From an uncultured Clostridia bacterium (GTDB taxonomy: Bacteria > Aerophobota > Aerophobia > Aerophobales > B3-G15): 64,000 nucleotides of DNA. Where the stretch lies: contig CAYZYX010000003.1 of assembly GCA_964482715.1 (NCBI GenBank), positions 1 to 64,000 of the forward strand, read 5' to 3'. The translations under genes and the position numbers were made by a program. Below are positions 40,763-52,773 of this stretch, piece after piece. The notes below the pieces were generated by a model. It did not search any database, was not told the origin of the DNA, and saw only the letters and a list, made by a program, of their open reading frames with translations. Numbering within the stretch: the first letter of the stretch is position 1; every line of letters begins with the position of its first letter.

Positions 40763-43063
40763 ATGAAAAAACCAAAAATTAAAACACTTATTAACTTAAC
40801 AGGTTTTGCCATTTTATTTTTCTGGAGCGTTATGGTTTTTGCCGAGCCTGTTGTCTGGGTTGATCCAGCTACAGGGAGGATTACCATTAAGGCACCCCGG
40901 GAGAAGATCAAAGAAGTTGAAGAGATAATTTCCCGTTTTCCAGCTCAGCCGCGCCAAATCGAAATTGAGGCCAGGATAATAGAAGTAAGCGAAGAGGTGA
41001 CTAAAAAATTTGGAACTTCGCTGGAGAGACTCACAGGTCTTGAAGTTCCTGTGGGAACGACAGGAGAAGGTTCAAAGATTGCTTTTGGCCCCAAAACCTT
41101 AACCGAACTGGAGGAGGGAAAAGGAGCTCTTGAGTTTAATTTTTATCGTCTCACTGCGGAAGAAAGATTTGAAATGATTTTAAACATGCTTTTAACTGAG
41201 GGGAAAGCCAGAGTTTTATCCTCTCCCAGGGTTTCCACACTTTCAGGGGAAGTTGCCGGGATATACGTGACCACAGAGATCCCCTACCTTGCCAGTATTA
41301 CCTACAGAATAGTAGGAGAAAAGGAGATTCCGGAAGAGCATTATGAATATGCCACGGTGGGGATCGTTCTTCAGGTTCTTCCACGAATAGTAGGTGAAGA
41401 TCTGGTGGAAATGTCTGTTATTCCTCTGGTTGGTAATTACGAAATCAGTCCGGAATTTGGCGCTCAACACCCTATATTTAAGCGCCAGATTTCTCCCACC
41501 AATGTAACCGTGAAAGATGGAGAATCTCTGGTCATAGGAGGACTTATAACCAGAGATAAATCAAAAAGAGTAATAGGGCTTCCCGTTCTTTCTCATCTAC
41601 CTGTGCTGGGAGGACTTTTCCGAAGTCAGGTAGAAATCATAAAAGAAAAAAGTCTTCTCATAACAGTTAAACCGCATATACTAAAACCAAGAGAGATAAA
41701 AGGAAGAGTCAAAAGGATTTTTCATTTAAAGTATGGTCTGGCATCTGAAGTTGCGGGGCAGGTAAGAGAGCTTCTCTCTTCACAGGGTTCAATTGAAGTA
41801 AATCCCAAGGAAGCTCCTCCCAATTCCATTCTGGTACGAGACCTTGAAGATAGAATCAGGGTTATTCAATCTTTCCTGAATCAAACAGGGACTTTTCAGG
41901 CTCAGAGACGACAGAAAAAATACCCTCTTGTATATACAACACTTGAAGAGGCTATGGTTACAGTGGAGAAGCTTTTATCTAAACACGGTTCTGTTAGAAT
42001 GGAAGAAGGAAATGTGCTGATAGTGGAAGACGGGGCTTACCAGATTTCCCTGATTGATGAAGCAATACGCGCCCTGGAAAGGCACAATTCTTTTCCTCAG
42101 ATAAAGACTTTTAACCTCAAGTTTGTTGCTGACAAACAGGCTGTAAGAGAGATTCTTCCTCTTCTTTCCCCTCGAGGATCCTGTAAAATTACAAAAGAGC
42201 GAGTTTTACTGGTTGAGGACAACAACTGGGTTATCCAAAAAGTTAGTGAGAAACTTAAGGAACTGGATACGTTTGATAGCCAAAAAGAAACAAAAGTCTA
42301 TTCTTTAAAAAATGAAATTGTCTCGGAACTTTTAAAATCAGCCAGTTTTCAGCAAGTAGTAAAAGCAGAGCTTAGTCCTCAGTGCAAGATAATACCCAGA
42401 GAAGAAACTAATGAACTTTTGATTACAGAGGTAAACTGGAAACAGAAAAAGGTGAAAGAGATTGTTAAGAGTTTTGACACCTACAGAAAGGTAGAAGCTA
42501 CTTATGAGGTAAAATTCTGGTTTGCTTCTTCATTAAAATCCAAGTTAACTCCTCTTCTCACTCCACAAGGCGAGATGGTGGTTGACGAAGACAAAAATTC
42601 ACTTATAATAAAAGACTCACCTTACCGAATAAAGAAGATAGGCGATGAAATAAAAAAATTGGATCGGTTTGAGCTGGTTAAATCGGAAGAAAGGTTGACT
42701 GTTCAGTACTTACCTTTAGAAAAAGCAATACAAATAGCAAGAGAACAGATGTCTTCACAGGGAAAAATTTTAAAGATAGAAAAAAAGAGAAGAAGTTTTA
42801 CAATAGAGGAAGCCCCCTTTCCTTTACGTAAGATACGAGAAAAAATCGAGAAACTGGACACATTTGAGAAAAATAGAGTAGCTGAGTTTTACCTGTTAAA
42901 ACACGTTTCCCCTGAAGAAGCTGCACTGGTGGTAAGATATTTCCTCTCCCCACGGGGGAAAGTATATGCTGGAGAGGATCGTATCCTGGTAATTGATGCT
43001 CCTTACTATCAGAGACAAGTTGGTGAAGTAATAAGACTCATTGATCTTCCCAATTCAAAATAG
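40763..43063 (+). CDS. Atypical PilQ/GspD-family secretin: signal peptide, half N-domain, secretin core, then 7 NolW-like repeats
   Basis: QIEIEARIIEV, ARVLSSPRV, VGIVLQVLPRI, VKDGESLVIGGL, GLPVLSHLPVLGGLFR, LLITVKPHI; repeats of 'x(F/Y)xL...LSxxG...LxVxD'. Confidence 0.88.
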   Translation: MKKPKIKTLINLTGFAILFFWSVMVFAEPVVWVDPATGRITIKAPREKIKEVEEIISRFPAQPRQIEIEARIIEVSEEVTKKFGTSLERLTGLEVPVGTTGEGSKIAFGPKTLTELEEGKGALEFNFYRLTAEERFEMILNMLLTEGKARVLSSPRVSTLSGEVAGIYVTTEIPYLASITYRIVGEKEIPEEHYEYATVGIVLQVLPRIVGEDLVEMSVIPLVGNYEISPEFGAQHPIFKRQISPTNVTVKDGESLVIGGLITRDKSKRVIGLPVLSHLPVLGGLFRSQVEIIKEKSLLITVKPHILKPREIKGRVKRIFHLKYGLASEVAGQVRELLSSQGSIEVNPKEAPPNSILVRDLEDRIRVIQSFLNQTGTFQAQRRQKKYPLVYTTLEEAMVTVEKLLSKHGSVRMEEGNVLIVEDGAYQISLIDEAIRALERHNSFPQIKTFNLKFVADKQAVREILPLLSPRGSCKITKERVLLVEDNNWVIQKVSEKLKELDTFDSQKETKVYSLKNEIVSELLKSASFQQVVKAELSPQCKIIPREETNELLITEVNWKQKKVKEIVKSFDTYRKVEATYEVKFWFASSLKSKLTPLLTPQGEMVVDEDKNSLIIKDSPYRIKKIGDEIKKLDRFELVKSEERLTVQYLPLEKAIQIAREQMSSQGKILKIEKKRRSFTIEEAPFPLRKIREKIEKLDTFEKNRVAEFYLLKHVSPEEAALVVRYFLSPRGKVYAGEDRILVIDAPYYQRQVGEVIRLIDLPNSK

Positions 43064-43072
43064 AGGTTTATA

Positions 43073-43951
43073 ATGGAAATGAAAAAGTTGAAATTTGGTT
43101 TGCCCAAGGGAAGCCTGGAAAAAATGAGTCTTGAGTTATTTGAGCGAGCTGGGTACAAAATTACCCAAGAAGAAAGGTCTTACAATCTCTTTATTGATGA
43201 CGATGAAATTGAGCCCATGCTTATTCGCACTCAAGAAATTCCGCTTTATGTTGGAAAAGGCGTTCTTGATGCAGGTCTGGCTGGAAATGACTGGATTCTG
43301 GAGCGTAAGATCGAGGTGGTAAGGGTGAAGGAACTTCCCTATGCCAAACAGGGTTTGGGAAAAGTAAAGTGGGTACTGGCTGTTCCTCGGAATTCACCTA
43401 TCCAGAAAGTTGAGGATCTTGAAGGTGGAAGGCTGGCTACTGAACTTGTAGAAGTAACTAAAGATTATTTAAAAAAGAAGGGAATAAAAGCAGAAGTTGA
43501 ATTTTCCTGGGGAGCAACTGAAGTTAAGCCTCCTCACCTTGTAGATGCCATAGTTGAACTTACCGAGACGGGAAGATCTCTTCGGGCAAATAACCTTCGA
43601 ATAATAGATGTCGTTCTTGAATCAACCACCTGGCTTATAGCTAATCCCCTGGCCTGGCAGGATGAGTGGAAGAGAGAGAAGGTAAAAGCTCTGGCTATAC
43701 TTCTGGAGGGAGCAATTAATGGTCTCGGGAAAGTTGGTTTAAAATTAAATGTTTCCCAGGAAAATCTAAAGAAGGTCCTGAGGCTTTTACCCGCTCTTCG
43801 TCAGCCAACTATCTCTCAGTTAAGTGAAACGGGATGGTGGGCAGTAGAGACCATAGTAGATGAAAAACAGGCAAGGGAGCTCATTCCTAAGTTAAAAAAA
43901 GCCGGTGGGCAGGGTATAGTTGAATATTCACTACATAAAGTTGTCTATTGA
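43073..43951 (+). CDS. hisG: ATP phosphoribosyltransferase (long form)
   Basis: [36 protein letters not shown]-terminal regulatory domain. Confidence 0.95.
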   Translation: MEMKKLKFGLPKGSLEKMSLELFERAGYKITQEERSYNLFIDDDEIEPMLIRTQEIPLYVGKGVLDAGLAGNDWILERKIEVVRVKELPYAKQGLGKVKWVLAVPRNSPIQKVEDLEGGRLATELVEVTKDYLKKKGIKAEVEFSWGATEVKPPHLVDAIVELTETGRSLRANNLRIIDVVLESTTWLIANPLAWQDEWKREKVKALAILLEGAINGLGKVGLKLNVSQENLKKVLRLLPALRQPTISQLSETGWWAVETIVDEKQARELIPKLKKAGGQGIVEYSLHKVVY

Positions 43952-43969
43952 GAATGCGAGGTGTAAGCA

Positions 43970-44341
43970 ATGCGAAGCATTAAAATTTTAGCTCCGGGTT
44001 TTCAAAGGGAAGCAGAGTTAAATGATTCACCCATGGCTTCTGTGTTTTGGGAAGCTCTTCCCATTAAGGGTCAGGCCAATCGGTGGGGAGACGAAATTTA
44101 CTTTCGTATTCCAGTAAATGAAGCTGAAGGGGAAAGGAAAAATGTGGTGAAAGAAGGAGATATTGCATACTGGCCATCAGGGAGTTGTTTTTGTATTTTC
44201 TTTGGCCCAACACCAATAAGTACAGAAAAGGAAATAAGACCTGCAAGTGAAGTGATCATTCTGGGAAGAATAAAGGGGGATCTGGATGCTTTTAAACAAG
44301 TAAGGGATGGTGACGAAATTAAGATAGAAAGGATGGAATGA
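43970..44341 (+). CDS. Cyclophilin-like fold protein (DUF369-like)
   Basis: ALPI...NRWGDEIYF, GDIAYWPSG..FCIFFGPTP, RPAS.V. Confidence 0.8.
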   Translation: MRSIKILAPGFQREAELNDSPMASVFWEALPIKGQANRWGDEIYFRIPVNEAEGERKNVVKEGDIAYWPSGSCFCIFFGPTPISTEKEIRPASEVIILGRIKGDLDAFKQVRDGDEIKIERME

Positions 44342-44345
44342 ATAA

Positions 44346-45656
<1,311 letters not shown>

Positions 45657-45716
45657 TATTCTTTCAATAAAACCTGCCAGCCTTTTACTTAATCTGGAAA
45701 TTTCAGGCTGAGAAAA

Positions 45717-46805
45717 ATGTATAAAGTTACACTGATTCCTGGAGATGGTATAGGCCCCGAGATAACTGAAGTTGCCAGGCGGTGTGTAGAAGCAACAGGA
45801 GTGGACATTAAGTGGGAGGTGGTTCAGGCTGGAGAATCGGTGATGAAAAAATACGGAACGCCTCTACCGCAAGAGGTTATCGATTCAATTAGGGAAACCA
45901 AGATAGCCTGGAAAGGACCTATTACTACTCCTGTTGGTGGCGGATTTAGAAGTGTAAATGTAGCTTTGAGGAAAATACTAAACCTCTATATGTGTCTTAG
46001 ACCATACAGGTATTATCCTGGTGTTAAAAGTAGATTTCCTGAAGTTGATCTGGTGGTGATTAGAGAAAATACAGAGGATCTTTATATGGGTGTTGAGTTT
46101 GAAGAGGGTAAGTCTGAAACCAGAAAGTTAATTGATTTTATTTACCAGACAACCAGTATCAAAATTAGAGAGGATTCAGGAATAAGTATAAAATGTATTT
46201 CTGAGTCAGCCACAAGAAAAATTGTTGAGGCTGCTTTTAAGTATGCCCTGGAGAATAACAGAAAGAAGGTAACTGCCGTACATAAAGCAAACATAATGAA
46301 GTTCAGTGACGGTCTTTTCTCGCGCGTTGCTAAAGAAGTTGCAAAGAGTTATCAGGAAAAGATAGAATTTGAAGAAAGATTGGTAGATAATATGTGCATG
46401 CAACTTGTCCAGAAGCCCCAGAATTATGATGTTCTGGTATTGCCTAACCTTTATGGAGATATTATTTCTGATCTATGTGCCGGATTGGTTGGAGGACTGG
46501 GAGTTGCTCCAGGAGCAAATATAGGTGATGAATATGCCGTATTTGAACCCACTCACGGAAGTGCTCCTAAATATAAAGGACAAAACAAAGTAAATCCTAC
46601 AGGAATGATTTTATCAGGAGTTATGATGTTGAGATGGCTGGGAGAGAAAGAAGCGGCCGATAAACTGGAAAATGCCGTAGCCGAGGTTATAAAAGAAGGA
46701 AGAAATGTAACCTACGATTTTAAGCCTACACCTGATGATCCCGCAGCTGTGGGAACTCGAGAAATGGGAGAGGCGGTGATCAAGAAAATTCTTTACAGTA
46801 CCTAA
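45717..46805 (+). CDS. Isocitrate/isopropylmalate dehydrogenase family protein (likely isocitrate dehydrogenase)
   Basis: [57 protein letters not shown]. Confidence 0.9.
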   Translation: MYKVTLIPGDGIGPEITEVARRCVEATGVDIKWEVVQAGESVMKKYGTPLPQEVIDSIRETKIAWKGPITTPVGGGFRSVNVALRKILNLYMCLRPYRYYPGVKSRFPEVDLVVIRENTEDLYMGVEFEEGKSETRKLIDFIYQTTSIKIREDSGISIKCISESATRKIVEAAFKYALENNRKKVTAVHKANIMKFSDGLFSRVAKEVAKSYQEKIEFEERLVDNMCMQLVQKPQNYDVLVLPNLYGDIISDLCAGLVGGLGVAPGANIGDEYAVFEPTHGSAPKYKGQNKVNPTGMILSGVMMLRWLGEKEAADKLENAVAEVIKEGRNVTYDFKPTPDDPAAVGTREMGEAVIKKILYST

Positions 46806-46956
46806 CTGAGCGTTAAATCTGTTTCAGAAAAACTGAAACCAAAAATCAAGATAACAACTTCCTCCAGATATACTTTCCCTGAGATTTATCCGAAACCCGC
46901 AAGAGAAAACTCAAAGAAAACATCAATCCCCTGGAAATATTTGTGAAATTGTTTGG

Positions 46957-46984
46957 TTGCATTTTTCCTTCTTTGTATTAAAAT
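46957..46984 (+). promoter_or_regulatory. Probable sigma70-type promoter of ftsH
   Basis: TTGCAT (46957-46962), 16 nt, TAAAAT (46979-46984); RBS GGAGGAG follows. Confidence 0.5.
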
Positions 46985-47002
46985 TAAGACCGGAGGAGTT
47001 AA

Positions 47003-48961
47003 ATGAATGATAGAGAAAAAGAAAAGTTTAATCGTGAAAGCCCTCCTTCTGGTCCTTCGCCCAGAGGGAAGTTTACAAGAAACCTGTTTTTGCTTTTCAT
47101 AATATTTATAGTAGTTATTTCCATTTTAAATTTCGTCCGGATAAACCCTTCTGGTCAGGAGCAGCAAGTTACCTATACCCAGTTCCTGAAAATGGTTGAA
47201 GACGGTAGAATTAGCAAAGTTATCATCAAAGGGCAATCCATCAAAGGGAAAATAAATGAAAGAACTTACGTAGCAACCTATTCACCTCCTGACCCTGAGT
47301 TGATTAGCATTTTGAGAAATAAAAATGTAGAAATAGAAGCTGTACCTGAAACATCCAGCTGGTGGATGAGTTTTCTGGGAGGGATACTCCCTATAATAAT
47401 TTTTGTAGGTATATGGTTCTGGATATTCAGACAGATGCGAATTACGGGAAACAAGGCTCTCTCTTTCGGAAAAAGTAGAGCAAAGCTGGCTTCCAAAGAA
47501 AAAATAAAGGTTACCTTTGATGATGTGGCAGGGGCAGAAGAAGCCAAAGAGGAGCTGCGAGAAATAATCGAATTTTTGAAAAACCCCCAGAAATTTCAGA
47601 GAATGGGAGCTAAAATTCCCAAAGGGGTACTTTTGGTTGGTCCTCCTGGATGTGGAAAAACTCTCCTGGCAAGAGCTGTAGCTGGCGAAGCTGGTGTTCC
47701 CTTTTTCAGTATAAGTGGCTCGGATTTTGTGGAGATGTTTGTTGGAGTAGGAGCATCAAGAGTGCGGGATCTATTTGAGCAAGCCAGAAGAAATACTCCC
47801 TGTATTGTGTTTATTGATGAATTAGATGCAGTAGGGCGACAGAGATTTGCTGGAATTGGAGGGGGTCATGATGAGAAGGAACAGACTCTTAACCAACTAC
47901 TTGTTGAACTTGATGGTTTTTCTCCCCGTGAAGGGATTATTGTCATGGGTGCCACAAATCGCCCTGACGTGCTTGATGCAGCTTTATTAAGAGCAGGTAG
48001 ATTTGACAGGCGTATAACAATCAATGTCCCGGATATAAGAGAAAGAGAGAAAATACTTCGACTTCACATGCGAAACAAGCCTCTCGACATTGACGTCGAT
48101 GTAAAAGTTCTGGCCCGAAGAACACCTGGATTTGTGGGTTCTGATCTGGAAAATCTGGTAAATGAAGCCTCCCTTCTTGCTGCCAGAAGAAATAAAGACA
48201 GAATAGGGATGGCTGAACTGGAAGAAGCCATAGAGAGAGTTGTAGCCGGTCCAGAGAAAAAATCAAGAGTAATGAGAGCCAAAGAGAAAAAGATCGTTGC
48301 CTATCACGAGAGTGGACATGCCCTGGTAGCAAGTCTGTTGCCCAATGCCGATCCCATACACAAAGTTTCCATAATTCCTCGCGGATCAGCTGCCCTGGGA
48401 TATACGCTGCAACTTCCCCTTGAAGATAGATACCTTGCTACCAGGTCAGAACTTCTGGATAAGCTGACGGTTCTTCTTGCTGGAAGGGCAAGTGAACAGC
48501 TAATCTTTAATGAGATAAGTACCGGGGCTCAGAATGATTTGAATCGTGCTACCCATATAGTGAGAAAGATGGTTTGTGAATATGGGATGAGCGATAAACT
48601 GGGTCCTGTTGCTCTGGGGAGTGGGGCTGAGGAAGTTTTTCTCGGGCGTGACCTTTTAAAAGAGAGAAACTACAGTGAGGAGTTAGCTTACGAGGTGGAT
48701 AAAGAAATTGGACGGATAATCGGGGAATGTTATCAGAGGGCATATGACTTGTTGAAGAAAAACAAGAAAAAGTTGATCGAGCTGGCAGAAGAGTTAGAAG
48801 AAAGGGAGGTTCTGGAAGAGGAGGATGTAAAGCGGATTCTGGGTCATAAGATTACTGAAATTGAACCCGATCAAGAACCAGGATCTTCCAAGACCGCTGG
48901 TAAGCAGGGAGCGAAAAATGCAGTGTCGGGTTCTAGCCTGGCAAGAGATAGAGGAAATTAA
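47003..48961 (+). CDS. ftsH: ATP-dependent zinc metalloprotease FtsH
   Basis: Two TM helices, [30 protein letters not shown]. Confidence 0.98.
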   Translation: MNDREKEKFNRESPPSGPSPRGKFTRNLFLLFIIFIVVISILNFVRINPSGQEQQVTYTQFLKMVEDGRISKVIIKGQSIKGKINERTYVATYSPPDPELISILRNKNVEIEAVPETSSWWMSFLGGILPIIIFVGIWFWIFRQMRITGNKALSFGKSRAKLASKEKIKVTFDDVAGAEEAKEELREIIEFLKNPQKFQRMGAKIPKGVLLVGPPGCGKTLLARAVAGEAGVPFFSISGSDFVEMFVGVGASRVRDLFEQARRNTPCIVFIDELDAVGRQRFAGIGGGHDEKEQTLNQLLVELDGFSPREGIIVMGATNRPDVLDAALLRAGRFDRRITINVPDIREREKILRLHMRNKPLDIDVDVKVLARRTPGFVGSDLENLVNEASLLAARRNKDRIGMAELEEAIERVVAGPEKKSRVMRAKEKKIVAYHESGHALVASLLPNADPIHKVSIIPRGSAALGYTLQLPLEDRYLATRSELLDKLTVLLAGRASEQLIFNEISTGAQNDLNRATHIVRKMVCEYGMSDKLGPVALGSGAEEVFLGRDLLKERNYSEELAYEVDKEIGRIIGECYQRAYDLLKKNKKKLIELAEELEEREVLEEEDVKRILGHKITEIEPDQEPGSSKTAGKQGAKNAVSGSSLARDRGN

Positions 48962-50096
48962 GCAGGACCTTATCAGGTTTAATCAGCACGAGGTTAACCT
49001 GATAAACTCACCTGATAAACTCACCTCCTGTAACCTCAAGTTATCTGAGATTTATCCACAAGTTGCATTTCAGCTTAAAGGCATCATCATTAGAAATTTT
49101 CCTGAAATAAGATTCGCATTAAACAGGGGAGAGGTTTTTCTATCTGCCCCTCTTGATTCATACAGGAGATTGTACACCCAACTTAAGAAAAATAGTTTTT
49201 TTACACTGGCTGACAAAATAAAAAGTACCATTGATAATTACAGAAAGAAAGATTTTGTATTGAAACTGCCCCGTAATAAAGATATTGACCTGAGAGAGAA
49301 AGTTGCCATTATGGGTATTTTAAATCTTACCCCGGATTCTTTTTATGATGGCGGTAAATACAGGACAGAAAATGATTTGCTTAAGCGTGTTGAACAGATG
49401 ATCGAAGAGGGAGTAGATATAATTGACGTAGGGGGAGAGTCTACGAGACCCGGTGCTGAAAGGATTGAAGTAGAAGAAGAAATAAGAAGGACGGTTCCCT
49501 ATATTGAAAAGATTACAAACTTATTTGATATTCCCATTTCTATTGATACCTATAAAGCAAAAGTAGCCAGGGAGGCTCTTGAGGCTGGTGCTCAAATGAT
49601 AAATGATATAAGTGGTTTGAGATTTGACCCTGAGATGTCACAGGTAGCATCTTATTACGATGTCCCCCTTGTCATCATGCACATTAAAGGAACACCTAAG
49701 GACATGCAGATTAATCCCCGGTATGATTCCCTGATGGAGGAGATAATTTCTTATCTGGAAGAAGGAATTAAAATAGCCACAATGGCTGGAGTTAAGAGAG
49801 AAAAGCTAATTGTTGATCCTGGAATAGGATTTGGAAAAACTCTGGAACATAATCTTTTCATTTTAAAAAAACTGGAAGAATTGAGGATTCTGGGTTGCCC
49901 AATTCTAATAGGAGTTTCGCGAAAGTCTTTTATAGGGAAGGTTCTCAATTTACCTGTAGAAGAGAGAATGATAGGCAGTCTTGCTGCGACTTGCCTTGCG
50001 GTTTCCAAAGGGGCAAGGATAGTCAGAACTCACGATGTAAAACCCACAAGACAGGTTGTAGATTTAATTGAGGCTATTCTTAAGAGTAACGTATGA
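48918..50096 (+). CDS. folP: Dihydropteroate synthase with N-terminal extension
   Basis: [49 protein letters not shown]; start uncertain (ATG 48918 favoured). Confidence 0.93.
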   Translation: MQCRVLAWQEIEEIKQDLIRFNQHEVNLINSPDKLTSCNLKLSEIYPQVAFQLKGIIIRNFPEIRFALNRGEVFLSAPLDSYRRLYTQLKKNSFFTLADKIKSTIDNYRKKDFVLKLPRNKDIDLREKVAIMGILNLTPDSFYDGGKYRTENDLLKRVEQMIEEGVDIIDVGGESTRPGAERIEVEEEIRRTVPYIEKITNLFDIPISIDTYKAKVAREALEAGAQMINDISGLRFDPEMSQVASYYDVPLVIMHIKGTPKDMQINPRYDSLMEEIISYLEEGIKIATMAGVKREKLIVDPGIGFGKTLEHNLFILKKLEELRILGCPILIGVSRKSFIGKVLNLPVEERMIGSLAATCLAVSKGARIVRTHDVKPTRQVVDLIEAILKSNV

Positions 50097-50137
50097 ATGA
50101 TTCGAGTAAAAAACCAGCTTAACTTGAAGATTTTACA

Positions 50138-50623
50138 ATGATAATTTTAGGTGTAGATCCCGGGACAGCAGCGACTGGTTATGGTGTAATTGAGGGGGAA
50201 GTTTGTCCTCGATTACTTGAATATGGTTGCCTGCAAACTTCTAATGAAGAAAGTATGGTTTCTCGACTCAGAAAGATTTACTTTCAGATTAAAAGTATTG
50301 TAAACAAGTTCCTCCCAAGTGAAGTAGCCATAGAAGAGGTTTTTTTCAATCGAAATGTCAAGACAGCACTTCTTGTTGGGCAGGCTCGAGGAGTTATTAT
50401 TCTTGCTGCCTCTGATAGAGGTGCTGGAATTTTTAGTTATACACCACTTGAAATTAAACAGGCTATAACAGGTTACGGAAAAGCGTCAAAAAAACAGGTT
50501 CAGGAGATGATAAAAAGGACTTTGAACATGTCTTTTCTTCCCTCTCCTGATGATGCCGCTGATGCCATAGCTGTAGCTTTGTGCCATTTTTATTCCCGCA
50601 AACTTAAAATCTCCGGAGTTTAA
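50138..50623 (+). CDS. ruvC: Holliday junction resolvase RuvC
   Basis: ILGVDPG, AIEEVFF, GQARG, TGYGKA.K.QV, DDAADA.AVALCH. Confidence 0.97.
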   Translation: MIILGVDPGTAATGYGVIEGEVCPRLLEYGCLQTSNEESMVSRLRKIYFQIKSIVNKFLPSEVAIEEVFFNRNVKTALLVGQARGVIILAASDRGAGIFSYTPLEIKQAITGYGKASKKQVQEMIKRTLNMSFLPSPDDAADAIAVALCHFYSRKLKISGV

Positions 50624-50767
50624 ATTTTTTCTGAATAATCTCCTGTAAATAAAACCCCACATAAAAACCTTAGTAAAGCCAGCAGGGAAATTTCTCTCTT
50701 AATTTACCCTATCCAGGGCACAGAAAAAAGAGCTGTGGAAAAAGGCCTCAATTTCAGGGACTTTAGC

Positions 50768-50797
50768 TTGACAAAAGGGTTTTAGCAGCTATATTAT
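50768..50797 (+). promoter_or_regulatory. sigma70-type promoter of the acyl-CoA dehydrogenase/ETF operon
   Basis: TTGACA (50768-50773) with TATATT (16-nt spacer) or TATTAT (18-nt spacer). Confidence 0.6.
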
Positions 50798-50828
50798 AAA
50801 AAATTAAAATTTTTTTCAGGGGTAAAAG

Positions 50829-51968
50829 ATGAATTTTGATTTATCTGAAGAGCAAAAAACAATTCTTGAACTTGTGGAAGAGGTAAGTGAAAAGGAAATA
50901 GCTCCTGCAGCTGACCAGGTAGCAGAGAAGGGGGAATTTCCCCAAAAAAATGTAGAAAAATTAGCCAGTCTTGACCTTTTTGGAATAACCATTCCTCAGG
51001 AATACGGCGGATTGGGAATGAACTATCTTACCTGGACACTTGTGGCTGAAAGGATTTCCCGGGCCTGTGCAACCACTGGACTTATTTTTGGCGCAAATCT
51101 TCTTTGCACCTTTCCTCTTTTAAACTTTGGCAGTGAAGCTCAAAAGAAAAAGTACCTTCCTCCTCTGGCCAGAGGAGAGGCTTTGGGTGCTTTTGCTTTG
51201 ACCGAACCCGAGGCTGGTTCGGATGCCGGTAATGTTCAGACAACGGCGCGAAAAGAAAAGGGAGGGTATGTTTTAGATGGAAACAAAATATTTATAACCA
51301 ATGGAGAAGTGGCTGATATTTACATCATAATTGCCAATCTTGACAAAAAGAGAAGAGCCAGAGGTCTTGCAGCTTTTATAGTAGAGAAAGGAACAGAGGG
51401 ATTTTCCTTCGGACAACATTTTAAGAAAATGGGACTTGAAGCTTTGCCAAATGTAGAGCTTATTTTTAACAATTGTTGGATTCCAGAGGAAAATCTCCTG
51501 GGAAAAGAAAAACGGGGATTTAGAATAGCTATGCAAACTTTTGCTGCGGGGAGAATTGGGGTTGGAATTGGGGCTCTTGGTATTGCCGAAGCTGCTTTTC
51601 AAAAAGCAAGAGATTATGCAAAAGAGCGCATTCAGTTTGGTCGTCCGATTTCCAGTTTTCAGGCTGTCCAGCATATATTAGCTGAGATGGCTACCAGAAT
51701 TGAAGCTGCCCGTTATCTTCTGTATAAGGCTGCCTGGCTTTTAGATCAGGGGCAGAATTTTGAAAAGTACGCTTCCATGGGAAAACTTTATGCCTCTGAG
51801 GCGGCTATGTGGGTGACCACGAAGGCTGTTCAGGTGTTGGGGGGATACGGTTATATGAAAGACTATCCTGTAGAAAGATATATGAGAGAAGCGAAACTTT
51901 TTGAGATAATAGAGGGGACATCGGAAATTCAGAGAAATATTATAGCTAACATTATCTTGAGGGAGTGA
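50829..51968 (+). CDS. Acyl-CoA dehydrogenase (butyryl-CoA dehydrogenase-like)
   Basis: [46 protein letters not shown]. Confidence 0.93.
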   Translation: MNFDLSEEQKTILELVEEVSEKEIAPAADQVAEKGEFPQKNVEKLASLDLFGITIPQEYGGLGMNYLTWTLVAERISRACATTGLIFGANLLCTFPLLNFGSEAQKKKYLPPLARGEALGAFALTEPEAGSDAGNVQTTARKEKGGYVLDGNKIFITNGEVADIYIIIANLDKKRRARGLAAFIVEKGTEGFSFGQHFKKMGLEALPNVELIFNNCWIPEENLLGKEKRGFRIAMQTFAAGRIGVGIGALGIAEAAFQKARDYAKERIQFGRPISSFQAVQHILAEMATRIEAARYLLYKAAWLLDQGQNFEKYASMGKLYASEAAMWVTTKAVQVLGGYGYMKDYPVERYMREAKLFEIIEGTSEIQRNIIANIILRE

Positions 51969-51969
51969 A

Positions 51970-52773
51970 ATGCATATAGTAGTTTGCATTAAACAGGTTC
52001 CAGATACAGAAGAGTTGCCAAAAGTAAAAATTGATCCCAAGGATAATACCATTGTAAGAGAAGAAGTAAAAAACATCATAAATCCCTTTGATGAGAACGC
52101 AATAGAAGAGGCATTACGAATAAAGGAAAAAAAATCCGCCTCAGTGACTGCCATTTCCATGGGTCCTCCTCAGGCGGAGGAGGCTTTAAGAAGAGCTCTT
52201 GCCATGGGTGTTGATGAGGCTATTCTTATCTCTGATCCAGTTTTTGCTGGATCAGATACATGGGCAACCTCTTATGTTCTTTCCCGGGCTATAAAAAAAT
52301 TGGAGCATTTTGATCTGATACTTGCAGGAAAACAGGCTATTGATGGAGATACGGCTCAGGTTGGTCCCGGTATTGCTGAATGGTTGGGAATACCTCAACT
52401 CACCTATGTGCGTAAGTTAGAGGTTAAAGATGGTTCAATAGTTGCCGAAAGGGCTCTTGAAGATTACTTTGAAGTCATAGAAACCAGGCTTCCCGCTCTT
52501 GTTACGGTAACAAAGGAGATTAATGAACCACGCTATCCCTCCCTTAGAGGTCTTCTTTTAGCAAAGAAAAAGGAAATACCCATCTGGAACAACGACTACT
52601 TAAAACTACCTGTTGATAAAGTTGGCCTTGATGGGTCGCCCACCCGGGTCATTAAAGTATTTATCCCTAAGCTTCCTTCTAAAGGAGAAATAATTGAGGG
52701 TGATTTAAATCAAAAAGCTGAAAGAGTTATAGAAGAATTAAAGAAAAGGAACCTTTTACGATGGCTAAGATAA
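51970..52773 (+). CDS. etfB: Electron transfer flavoprotein beta subunit
   Basis: VCIKQVPD, NPFDENAIE, AGSDTWATS, GKQAIDGDTAQVGP, NEPRY, GLDGSPT.V. Confidence 0.96.
   Translation: MHIVVCIKQVPDTEELPKVKIDPKDNTIVREEVKNIINPFDENAIEEALRIKEKKSASVTAISMGPPQAEEALRRALAMGVDEAILISDPVFAGSDTWATSYVLSRAIKKLEHFDLILAGKQAIDGDTAQVGPGIAEWLGIPQLTYVRKLEVKDGSIVAERALEDYFEVIETRLPALVTVTKEINEPRYPSLRGLLLAKKKEIPIWNNDYLKLPVDKVGLDGSPTRVIKVFIPKLPSKGEIIEGDLNQKAERVIEELKKRNLLRWLR

Noticed and set aside
35985-43951. hisB and hisG scattered outside a his operon; pil cluster between them as a possible island
   Set aside because: Dispersed his genes are common; no integrase, flanking repeats or visible compositional shift
46821-46839. 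Hairpin GTTTCAG-AAAAA-CTGAAAC after the icd-like gene as a terminator
   Set aside because: Weak AT-rich stem with no U-tract on the + strand
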